A stretch of DNA of 64,000 bases from assembly GCF_018350175.1 (NCBI RefSeq), contig NC_058368.1, positions 40,674,001 through 40,738,000 of the forward strand, written 5' to 3'. A model generated the notes under the pieces. The model was given only the letters and a program-made list of their open reading frames with translations, made no database searches and was not told where the DNA came from. Shown piece by piece: positions 12,769 to 24,569 of this stretch. Made by a program: the position numbers and the translations under genes. This stretch comes from Felis catus. Its lineage: Eukaryota. Position 1 is the first letter of the stretch. Every line of letters starts with the position of its first letter.

Positions 12769-13983
12769 CATACAGAATGGTTATTATTAATATATATTCT
12801 AATAAGTCATGGCATTTTAAGGAAAGAGAAATAATCCTATGGATACTAAGGTAGATTTAAGGTGACCTCAGACTTTCTCAAAAATACTCACTCACTGCTT
12901 AAGAACAGAGGAAAATATGTTCAGAATTTGAGAAAGATAGTTTTTAATCCAAAAGATAATATACCAAAGTTATTCATTCAGTACAAAGTACCAAGTATAA
13001 TTTATACAACATGCACACAAACAAAACACATTTTAAACATAAGAGAAATTCATAAAAAGAATCCCTAATCCATGAATTTACTTAGAGAAAACTCTGTTTT
13101 CTTATGCAAACAATTAGACAAAGGGTGGTTCAAACTAATCCTTGAATGGAGAGTTCAGGATAAATAGTATACTTTGCTGAATCAATTTCTGATAGTTACA
13201 TATATTACAAACAGCAATAGAAATCAAATATCCACGGGATTTAATGTTAAAACATTTTAGATATTTAATTTTTTAATGTTAATAATAAGTTGGGAAGAAA
13301 GAAGAGAAAATGTGGGAGAACTATAAATGTACATAATTTTCTCATCTTTCAAAGCACTGTTAGTAAATTTTTAAATTGAAATATACACTTTAAACTGGGT
13401 ATAAATAAAAACCTCCCATTATAACTTGTTTCTAAAGTCCACCAGGATCATGCTTTATAAATTATGTTAGGTGATGCAGGATTTTTGTTGTTATTGCTGC
13501 TGTTGTTAGCTCAAGTACAAACTTATTCTCCCATCTCAGAGATATTTGTGCACATTATATTACAGAGAAAGAGACTACCTGTTGCCCTCACTTGGACAGA
13601 CACTGTGAAATGTGGACATCTGGCTAATCATTCTTGCAATCTGCCACTTTACTTCCCTCTTCATAAACTGATCTTTTGATCTCTGTTATCCCTTCAGAGT
13701 CATGTCCTTATGAATCTATCCATCAAATGACAAACTCCTGGCCTCACTAATATTTTTTGACAGGCAGGCATTACCTGACCCTGTGAGCCTACCTAGAATC
13801 TTGATTCTAAAACTCCTCAATGTTATTTCTCCTTGTCTGTAGAAGATTTATTGTTTCAAACAGTGGTGTTTGTTTCACATACATTTCCAAACCTCAACAC
13901 CTGTGTGTTACCAGGCTAGAGAGTATATACACACACACAGCACATCCCCACACCATGCACACACACATGGACATACACATATG

Positions 13984-14608
13984 TGTAATGCCCGAAGTTC
14001 CGAAACCTCCCACAAAAGTCCACCAGAGTCGTAAGTCAAAGCCAAGCGGCAAGGGTCGTTTATTGCAGGTTCGAACCTGGTCCTCTGCGCACTCATCGCC
14101 GGTGACACAAGAGGCCACGATCAGGGTTGGTACAGCGTTTTTATAGACAGAGACAAATAGCACAGGGGAGGTTTCAAATTATGAGGGGCCTGATTAGTTG
14201 ATTTTAAAGTAAGGACATTTGTTGTTCTCTGATTGGGCGTCCTTTGTCTGTCCTTTGGCGGGAAGGCTTTGTCAGTTACTTGTGGCGGGAGGAAAAAAGG
14301 GGGAAGGGGGAAGGGGGTAGGGTAGGTGAGGAATGTGCTAAGCAAGCAGGTTTACAGAAGCGAGAAATGCCGGTTAGTTTATGTACAATCACTCATTCCA
14401 TTACATATCAGACTACATTTAGGAAGGGTTACAACCCATTCTACTACACAGCGGGTTACATTCAGGAAAGGCCTCACAATGCTCGTAGCAAACAGCAAGC
14501 AAAACAGACTTCTCAGCAACTGTATTTCTTATCAAAGATCCATAATAAGCAGAAAAGAGAACCTAGCTTTAAACTAAGGCAGGGCTGTCATTTGGATTGT
14601 TCCTTTCA
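13984..14608 (-). mobile_element. Young ERV1/gammaretrovirus-like solo LTR (625 bp)
   Basis: TG...CA termini (minus strand begins TGAAAGG, ends ATTACA); 4-bp TSD TATG (13980-83, 14609-12); minus-strand CCAAT (~14232-36), TATAAAA (14139-45) and AATAAA (14059-64) in the correct U3-R-U5 order; CpG retained. Confidence 0.9.
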
Positions 14609-14719
14609 TATGTACATTCATGTTTATAACAGAAGCCCTAGACATTAAAATTTAGCTGTTTTGAGTATACATTTTTCCTTTAAGTTTCAGAGTAATATTT
14701 GAAGTGTTTATAGTTATGA

Positions 14720-15241
14720 TGTCAAGGAAAAATTATACTTGATAGAGTAAAACAGGGAAGATTTTATTCAAGGCTATTGCAATAAGGTCAACACTGTTGT
14801 AATAGGGAGGAGAGGTTGAAATTGACTCACCTGAAACAGAAGGAAGGCCTGAGGATTTTTAAACAATGTACTGAGCTTATGGAAAAGACATTAGATGAGA
14901 GCTTGGTCTAAGAGGCTCTCTGTGTTTGCTGATTGTTGCTTATCCAAGTTAGACTTCTACTTTCTCTGGAGAGTAGGAAATAGATGCACTGTCTTTCTTG
15001 ATGATTACATTTTATAGGCATGACTTCTAGGTCCTTGAGAAAAGACATTACTGGCTAGTAAAATTAGCTAAAGACAGGAGAATATTTACATCTCAAAAGA
15101 GTACAGAGGATCTTCAATTACACGTTTTCTAATGTAAAAATTCTCTAAGAAAAGGGAAGTCAGGGGCCTACTGAGTCAGGAGGAAAACTAGAAAGTTTAG
15201 TTGAACTGAGGGAAATGTAAGGGTTGTCTTGGTTTGCAACA
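14720..15241 (-). mobile_element. Older ERV1 solo LTR (MER34/MER31-like)
   Basis: 'ttttattcaaggctattgcaata' (minus-strand AATAAA) and 'ctctaagaaaagggaagtcaggggccta...gtttagttgaactgagggaaatg' resemble recalled consensus; TSD not evident. Confidence 0.7.
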
Positions 15242-15519
15242 GAGCTCTTGCATAATTATATCCCCATTTCCACATCTTGCATCACCCACCAGGTCCCAGC
15301 ACACACACTGCCCTTTTCGACAGCCACACCACTTTACTTGTAGTATTCAGATATGCCATATTTGATTTCATGCTTCTGTTCTTTCCACCACTTTTCTTTC
15401 TTATGTAGCTGTTTGTTTATCAGATCCAAAATACATGATTAGGGTCCCTGGAATCTCTCCTTGCTTCAATGATTTGATGCTTTTACCTTTTATCTGTTCT
15501 CCTCTTGTATCCATATAAG

Positions 15520-15740
15520 CTTGGTGTAATGTTATAAGAGTGTGGGCTCTGGAGTTATATTGGCTGGGGCTAATGCTGGACCAAATACTGATTAGCTGCA
15601 TAATTTGGAAGGTTATTTAATCTCTTGGAATTCTGGTGTCTTGTATGTAAAATGTAAATAATTATAGTACCTATCTCATATACTTTACTTCTTTCTTCTT
15701 GTATGTAATATTTTGGTGAAGATGAAATTAATACGTGCAA
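15520..15740 (+). mobile_element. MIR SINE
   Basis: 'tgggctctggagt...ggaaggttatttaatctc...tgtaaaatg...atagtacctatctcata' MIR core. Confidence 0.65.
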
Positions 15741-17584
15741 AGTGAAAACCAGAGTATTGTTTTATCATGCCACTCAAACTTCTATTATTAATTTCTGTTT
15801 ATGTCTTCTTCTAAGCTATAAGTGACATTAGAATGAAAAGTAATTTTTATGTTCTTTGGTGTGTCTTGTGCCTAGAACAGTTTTTTTTCTTTAGTATTTA
15901 TTGTTAAATGCTAACTGAAAGCAAGTTCAGTTACTGAAATTTTACATTACCACATATAAATATGATGTCAAGAGATTTCTAGTTTTAAAATGATATGAAG
16001 AGATTTATGGTTTTAATCTATATCAATATATTTGTTAAACATTAGAATAAATATTAGGGAATAAAATTTCTTTTCATTTGTTTATCTGTTCCATGTTTGC
16101 TTAAACTCCTTCCTTTTGTTTTGAAATTTCAGTTTAGAAAGTAATATTTTTTAATCCTCTTGGAGGAAAATACAGCAAAATATACACTATTTAAAAATGT
16201 AAAAACTATTGGGATGATTTAAGAGAGCAAAAATTTCCAAGTTATTGAACTATTTATTATTTTTTTTAATCACTAATCTGAAGTTTCAGTAGAAAAGGGA
16301 AAAAGTAGCAATGTTTACTCCCTTCATCTTTTGGGGGAACTTTAAATGTCAGTCAATCTGATCACTGCTGACATGGACTTTTCACTGACACAGATTTTTC
16401 CCCGAGGTCATGAGTTGTTCCCATGTGATAGGCAGTATTACCAAAGTATAGGCTGGACATGGTCACAGAGAGAATCTGGAATGGAAAAGGCCAAACAATA
16501 TTTTGATCCTCTGCGAACCACTTTGAAAACTTGGTCAATGCAGATAATGCAGTTTACATTCTAGGATGCCCACAGCCCCTAAACAACCCTAAGCCTCTCA
16601 GGATGCTGGATTACTTAACTGGTAATGAAAACACAAAATAAACAAATTGCTATAGTAACATATGAGAAAAATTTTTAGGCAGCATCCAGGTAAATACTGA
16701 GTAGACCCAAGCAGAACCATGGTATTTCAGAGCAAATAACTAGGATAGACTTTTGAAATTGAAGTTAGAATTAAAAACTACCCGGATGTAGTATAACTAT
16801 AGAAGGCAGAAAAAAAGGTCACTTATATGTAATAGCTATTTATTTTAATACATAAGGAGTTGTCCTTGGGGACAATGTCTGGATACAGATTATATAGCAG
16901 CAGAAAACTAAGCAACAATGTTAAAATTCTTAATTTATCAACTAAAAATAGTACTGTAGGGGAAAACAGAACATGAAAAATTTGCAAAGAAGACTGCGTA
17001 CTGGCCATAAGTGTGATAGACACAATTTAGCTGTCATTTTCAAGTCTTTTTAGTACTCATTTTTTAAAGAAAATTACAGATTACAGAGAACGATAGTAAA
17101 AGAGTAAAGCAGTCAAATATGAATTTCTCACTCATCTTGATCTCCAGGATTCTGTACCCCAGGGGCAAGCTCTGTTGCAGCATGCCAGTTAATAGAGACA
17201 CTCTTAAAACAAGATGACAGATACTTAGACAATGAAAAATGAAAAAAAGGTATATAATTTCTTTCCTACTATTAAAATGCTAGTGAAAAGTAAGTGATCG
17301 CACATTGGTTATTATTGTATAAAATAACTCTTATGGTAAAAAGCCATACATAAAACATATCTAGATAAAACTATATGAATGAGTTTAACTCCTAAATTAA
17401 TCTCTTGTGAGGAGGTATGTTGTCGTCTTCAAAACTGTCTTACACATTGAATTTGTTTTGGTGTGTAATATTCTTTTTGAAATTAATTAATTAATTAATT
17501 AATTAATTAATTTGGTGCAATCTTATTTTAAAGCAGCTGTTTTTATTCTGTAAGTAGTGTATTAAGATTCTTGCATGTGTGTGT

Positions 17585-17790
17585 AGGGCGCCTGGGTGGC
17601 TCAGTCGGGTTAAGTGTCAGACTCTTGATTTGGCTCAGGTCATGATCTCATGTTTCATGAGATAGAGCCCCACATCAGGTTCTGTGCTGACAGCACAGAG
17701 CCTGCTTGGGATTCTCTCCCTCTCTCTCTGCCCCTGCCCTGCTCTCTCTGTTTCTCTGTCTCAAAAAAAATGAATAAACATTAAAAAAAA
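17585..17790 (+). mobile_element. CAN-SINE
   Basis: gggcgcctgggtggctcag head; TSD aagattcttgcatgtgtgtg. Confidence 0.95.
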
Positions 17791-17989
17791 AGATTCTTGC
17801 ATGTGTGTGAAAATTGTAGTTTGTAGTTCAAGTTTTACATCCTCCTTGTCACTTTCTCTTGAAAGAGAATTTTAACCTCAAAAGATAATTAATAATCCTC
17901 CAATCTCAAAATTTTATCTTAAATAAGGTATATAGCTTATAATCTATATATTATTATATTATTTAAGGGACCAGCTGTAAATAAGTAGA

Positions 17990-19750
17990 AAAAATACCCT
18001 TATATCAGAAAGTATGGAAGTCCAAATCCAGCCAAATATTCAACTTGCTTATGGAGTAAAATATTCTGAAAACAGAGTCAAGAAATCTCTACTTGAGGCA
18101 GCATAAGATTTCCTACTCAGTCTTGCTCATCAGTCAGACAGAAGTAGTAGATAAATTTTAGTCCAGCTCCTCTGTATCCCAGTAACCTCTTCTTCCTAAC
18201 ATGCTGTGTTTTGGGCAGAAAAAAATTGGTTTTGGGCAGAGATACCAGAAAACTGAGGATAGGGATACTGTAGTTGCTCAAGTGTGACAGAATCCAGGAA
18301 GGAAAAGAAATAGAGAGTCTCTAATTTTTGTCTACTCCTAATCCTGACTGACTCCTGAACTCTGCAAGCATAGAGCAGATCTAATCAGCTAAAGATAAAG
18401 TATGAAGTAAGATCAGAGCTGCTTCCCAAGAAATAGAGTTTCGTGTTCAAATCCTATAAAGATAATTGTTTACCACTTCAAAAGAAACAAACTTCGTTGG
18501 AGAAAACAAACAAACAAACAAATAGAATCTAGAATCTCTAAGTCATAATATCCAGTGTATAATTCAAAATTACCCAACATAGGAGCGCCTCGGTGGCTCA
18601 GTTCGTTCAACATCCAACTTTGGCTCAGGTCATGATCTCTCAGTGAGTTTGAGCCCTTGTCAGGCTCTGTGGTGACAGCTCAGAGCCTGGAGCCTGCTTC
18701 ATTGTGTGTCTCCCCCTCCCTGCCCCTCCCCTGCTCGTGCTCTGTCTGTCTTTCCCTCTCTCAAAAATAAATAAACATTAAAAAAAATTTTTTTAATTAC
18801 CCAACATAGAACCAAAAAAAAAAAAAAAAAAAGAGGAATAAGAAGAAACATATCCTCAGGAAAAAAAAAATGATATAGACCCTGAGATAACCCAAATGTC
18901 AAAAATGTCAGTCAGAAATTTTAAAGCAACTATTATAACTCTTTTGAATGAATTTTTATGAATATTCTCACTGTGAATAAAAATAATTTAAAAGACATTT
19001 CTGCAGGAAACTAGAAATTATTGAAAATGTAAATTATGTAACTGAAAAATATAGTGTCTGAACTATAAAATTTACTAAGTGGATTTAAAGCAGAATTAAT
19101 ATTACAGAAGAAAGAGTAAGTCATTTCATGATATATCAATATACATTATTCATGTGAGAAACAAAAAGAAAAACGATTTTTTTTAAAACCAGAGTGTCAG
19201 AGACCTTTGATATAATATGAAGTGATTAAACATGTGTTTAATTAGTGTGACAAAAGAAAAAGAGATAGATACAAGAGAAAAAAATGTTGAGGAAATAGTT
19301 GCTGAAATTTTGTCAAATTTGACAAAAGCCAGAAATTTACAATTCCAGTTTAGCTGAATACGTTAATGTCTCCACTTCATCCTGGAAAGTGTCTGAGACT
19401 GGATAGTGAAGTACAGAATTACCTAGCTATAAGGCAGAAGTTTGCATGGAGCCAAACATTTTATTCCTTAAATTGCCCCCAAATTGAAACATATATACAA
19501 CCTAGAACACATTGAAAGTTAGTGGGAAAATGGATTAACCAATCACTATATGTACTAGTGCATTATGGGAGAAAAAATAAAAGCGAGTTCTCAACACTAT
19601 ACCATAAACAAACATAAATTGAAGATAGAAAAATGACCTGAAATGAAAACAAAATGCATATTTCAGATAAAAATATAAGCCATCATTATGATATCGAGAT
19701 ACAGAAATATTAATTACAGATATAAAATTCAGAGTTCTCAAATGTTACTA
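17990..19750 (+). mobile_element. Highly degenerate L1M fragments (5'/ORF1-like region, then ORF2 3' piece)
   Basis: A-rich ORF1-like relics such as 'gaaatagttgctgaaattttgtcaaattt' and 'ctcaacactataccataaacaaacataaattgaagatag'. Confidence 0.5.
18582..18795 (+). mobile_element. CAN-SINE nested in old L1
   Basis: Head ggagcgcctcggtggctcag; TSD aattacccaacatag. Confidence 0.95.
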
Positions 19751-22168
19751 AATGACTATTTATATTTTGAAAAACACCTGTCCAAACATAGAGACTATGA
19801 TTCGGGGACAAATAAAGGGGTTTACATAAACCTTACATAAACCATTTATTATGTTTAATAAAGGAATTATGATTTGGGGAACAAGGAAGAGGTTTTGTAT
19901 CTTTCTACCTTCTTCTTTGCTTATATGTTTTACTTTTGAACTAAATAGTCTAAACTTGTTTGTTGATTAATACCCAGTAGAAAAATTAAGATAAAAATAA
20001 TTTTTCAAAAGAATAGAAAACAAAACAATGGAAATAAACTGATGAAAAATAATAAATATTCATAATGTACATTGCTTTCAACATAAATTATTTAAACAGA
20101 TATGAGTGTTTTCACATAAAAATGTCAAACTTTTTCTTTGTACTTCCTTCCTTTTTTTTTTTTTTTTTGACTTTGTTAGAACTATACTATTCCAATACTG
20201 AGAACTATTTAATTCCAATACAAACACATCATCTGGACCCCTCTTTTGGGAGTTATTATTTTTTTTTGTAATACTTGCAGTTAGGCCTAGTAAATGTATC
20301 TATCATTGATTCTGATTCACCTATTGGCTCATCATTTGAGGAACAAAAATAAGTATTTTTATTTACTAATAAATCCCACCTTCTCTATAGACTGTATTAT
20401 GATTTCCGTGTGTTATATAAACAAAGTTGTAGAAAATAATTTCACTGAAAGTTTTCTCACATTTAACCTTGATATGGACTGCTGTGTTTGTGGAAAATAA
20501 TATGAATGGAAAAAAATTCTACGAAAATAAATGCATTATAATTGTTAATGAGATATCTTACCTTGAGCTCTCTGGAAAGGAGAAACTGAGGTACACATGT
20601 ACTGGCAATGCTCTGTTGATGTGAAAATCCAGGGGATCAAGAGAAGGAGTGATAATTCCCTAGAGAAGAGAACAAGAGGGAATATTTTTCCATGTTTCAT
20701 CTTTCATTGGTTAAATCCGTTCCACTGGGTGTTAACTCTCCTTCATACAAGAATGAGAGTCTCTCCTTTTCTGTAGGCTCTACATGTAGGTATGTTAAAT
20801 GTGTGACAGTGGTGGTGACCAGAATTTAATGGCTATAGGAAGAGAATGATATCCTGACTAAAATAACCTACTCAAGTGCTTGATTATGTATTAGGAGGGA
20901 TAGTGGGGCAAGGCCAAACAAATCTGGGATGGAACATAAATTCAGTCAGTCTACTTGGATCTCATCTGGGAGCAAGAGGCACTGGCCTCTTTCTGGAGAG
21001 GAAGGGAATGGAGTTCCCTCCTATCAGTTGATGGCCATTTGCAATCTTCCAAAATAATTTATAAAGGGATTACCAAGCCAAGGTTAGTGCTTTGATGTTA
21101 CAGTTTTTCCTGGAGTTATAATTGTTATTCATCAGTTTCCTCTTTTGCTAACCATCCTAGGTCTGACCTAAAGTTTAGCTGGTGTGTGTAACTTGCCTCT
21201 AGACCTTCAAACTCGGGGCATCTGAGCATGAAAATTTATACATTCTCTTATGAAACACTCTCTTTCAGAAAGATATGGCAATAGAATTCTAAGCTGGTGA
21301 TTTTCCAAAGCTGTGCTTTTCCTCTTTAATTTGGCCCTTTCTACTTTTCAATTTTGCTTTGTGAATACTTTAATATAAACATGTTTTGCTATCTTGTCTG
21401 TGCACTTGTACTTTCAGATTAGGTAGGACATTTCACATTATTAAAAAGTCCTTCCTCATTATTTTTACTTCTACCTTTGGGTGTCCCACATGAATTTTAG
21501 TAATGTTTACAACCTTAACTAATTCTTTAAACAGAAGGATAATGACAGTTTACTAAACAATTTAGAGTCAGTACATCTCATAGAGAATGAACAATTTAGG
21601 TGCACGAATTATGTGGATTTTAGTAGTTGATACATAGGACTTTATTAACGTTTGCGTAGAAATTTGGGGTAATTAAAATAAGCTAAAAATAGTACATTCA
21701 TATTGTGATTCATTGTTAGCATTCCCTAGTATTAAACCATATTAAAGACCTATTATCTTAAAAAGTGTTTATATCTGGGCTATTTAACTAGGAAGCATAC
21801 ATATGTTTATCATAACACTAGTTATAGGTAATAAATGACAATATTCACATCTAAAAGTGTTTTGAATATTTATATAGACAATCAAAAAATAATATAATTG
21901 TTTGCTGTTATACTTACCATATAGTTAATCTTAAGATATGATGAAAGGTGGTAATGTGTGTCTAATATTTATTGAATGCTGGGATATTAGATTTGACATG
22001 CATTTATATTACTTCCATTTCACAAACAAGAAATCAGGAGCTCAGAACTATTAGTGCTTGTCCACTATTAAACAGCCAATAATTCAGCATTTAAAACCAG
22101 GTCTTTGGGGTACAAATTTGGAATGAATGCTATTTGTTTGTACAATTTATGTTTATTCTGAAATAATT

Positions 22169-22379
22169 AAAAAATTTTAATGTTTATTTATTTTTGAGAG
22201 AGACAGAGACAGAATGCGAGTGAGTTAGGGGCAGAGAGGGAGAGAGACACAGAATCTGACAGGCTCCAGGCTCCCAGCTGTCAGCACAAAGCCTGACGTG
22301 GGGCTCTAACTGATGAGCTGTGAGATCATGACCTGAGCTGAAGTCGGACACTCAACCGACTGAGCCACCCAGGCACCCC
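22169..22379 (-). mobile_element. CAN-SINE
   Basis: Ends tgagccacccaggcacccc; TSD tattctgaaataatt. Confidence 0.95.
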
Positions 22380-23086
22380 ATATTCTGAAATAATTTTAAT
22401 ATTCATTTTTTTATATTTGTACTCTCCCATATTATATTTAAACATGACTAGCAAAATGTGCTTAATAGGTTATTTCAAAATGAAAAAAAATACTTCTAAG
22501 TTTCAGGCTTCAAATTGCTTTTAATTACCTACCACATTCAACAGGGGGAGTTTCAGGCAGATTTGCAGTGTCTGAAGAAAAGAACACACAAATGAAATAG
22601 GAAGAGAATGCAGAGGTGCAACAAAAGAAAAAAAGTGTTGTGAAACTGAGTTCTAGTAGGAAACATACAGGGTGCTGGTGTTCATCTGAGCACAGAATGA
22701 AAAACGTCCTTAGGTACCTATGGGAGATAAATGGATTAAGAAAAGCCATTCAGGTATCTAATGAGAAGAAAAAGAAGCAAAATTCACTTATCAGGTATGG
22801 AGGGTTACTCAGGTTGATCTCAGGTTTACTCACAGTACAATACAGATCTAAGAAGACAGGAGGTATCAGTGTATACAAAATGCTGAGAGTTCCTATGATC
22901 CCAGAGTATTTTACCCAGCCATGATGCCATTTGACTAGAAATATGACAGGCATGAATTTTCAAATATGAAATAACTCAGATATAGAGCACTGATAAATAG
23001 TTGTGAGAAAAAACATTGTGAAATGGCAATTAAGAAATAAATAAAAATTAATATACCACGAAAGGAAAAAAGTGAGTGTCCATTAA

Positions 23087-23200
23087 CACTGACAGCACAG
23101 AGCCTGATTGGGATTCTCTCTCTTCCTCTTTCTTGGCCCCCTCCCCCCACTCGCATTCTCTTTCTAAAAAATAAATAAATTTATAAAAACAAACACAAAA
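23087..23200 (+). mobile_element. CAN-SINE 3' half
   Basis: 'ctgacagcacagagcctg...ggattctctctc...aaaaataaataaa'. Confidence 0.8.
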
Positions 23201-23342
23201 TTATTCTTAGGGGGTTTTCCTAATGTGAGAGAATGTGTTGGCAAGAATTACAGTGCTAATTTTATCTTCTTTATTGATAGAGAATTAATATACACTACTT
23301 TATATATTTCTACACCATATGTGTATATATTCCTGTTGACAA

Positions 23343-23374
<32 letters not shown>

Positions 23375-23434
23375 GTATGTACATACAATATACATGTGAA
23401 CAGCGGCCGCCTCTTAATATTTCATATAATCTGT

Positions 23435-23570
23435 TCTTTTAAGTTTTTATTTAAAATCCAACTAGTTAACATACAGTGTAATATTAGTTTCACATGTACA
23501 ATTTAGAGATTCAATACTTGCATACAACACTCATTGTTCATCACAAGTGCACTCCTTAATCCCCATTCCA
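23435..23570 (-). mobile_element. Carnivore L1 3'-end fragment
   Basis: 'gttaacatacagtgtaatattagtttca...atacaacactc...tcatcacaagtgcactccttaatcccca' matches the reverse complement of an L1_Carn-type 3'UTR. Confidence 0.75.
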
Positions 23571-24569
23571 TATAATCTTTTTTTTTTTTTAAACACAGAC
23601 ACAGGCTGTGTTAGGAAATAACATGTCCTTAGGTAATAATTTTGTACTTTTCTGCATCACTTGAATTCTATGTGTCAATGTATGAAAAGCAAAAACAAAA
23701 ATAAAATAATAACAATTCTTAATGAAAAGTAAAAGGTACGACAAAATGTTTACAACTTATTTTTGAAAATATTTGTAAACAGAAGCTCTGTTTTTGTGAT
23801 GTGGACCAGTTGTGCTGAGGACATTTTTTAAAGTGCTTAATCAGATCATCATAAAAATGACACATTAAATTATAAAAAGTAAGCAGTTATAAGCAAATGT
23901 TCACCAGGAATTTAATTATGGACCACCAAAAACTTATTGTAAGAAATATACTCCTAAAGTACACTCAGGATTTTGAGTCTCAGTATATTCAACCCAGAGT
24001 AATATTAGAATAAATTTATGAAGCATTCTGAGAAAAAAAATATTAATGCTATTCATCCTGATAGTTTACCATTATTTTACCCACACATTCTTTGATAGTG
24101 GTGTTTAATTCTATTAATAATGTTTTTGATAATTAAATTTTTTGCACAGTAAAAACTATGTTCACGTCAATATTTTACCAGTATGTAATATTTAACTAGA
24201 TATTTACAATAATATTACAACTGTCACAAACAAGGGAAAAAAAACATTGTATCCTTGGGAGATATTCAATTTAATTTATACAGTTAGACATGCACAAGTG
24301 ATATGGAAAATATTTTCAAGTTCTCAGTATGCCAAAAGATAATAGTATTTCAATAGTCTACAGAGTAAGAAAGGAAAACAATAGAAGAGTATGGGATGCT
24401 CTGGCACAGAACAGCTAAAACAGAAATTAATGTTCGCTCAAAGCACAAAATTATGTTATTTGAATCCACGTAAATATGAAAACAAGTATGAAAAGTATGC
24501 ACATCTTGAAATCTAGGTCTGGATATATTTTCATATTATCTTTAAAGAATCAAGATTGAAGATTTTTTG

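Noticed and set aside
13820..14648. Several 66-134 aa ORFs
   Set aside because: They fall in the solo LTR and adjacent CA-rich DNA; no gag/pol/env motifs.
16346..16564. 72-aa ATG ORF in unique sequence
   Set aside because: No recognisable protein similarity or convincing splice context; length expected by chance.
20540..21240. Possible ERVL/MaLR LTR plus internal fragment
   Set aside because: Too degenerate to assign boundaries or family by eye.
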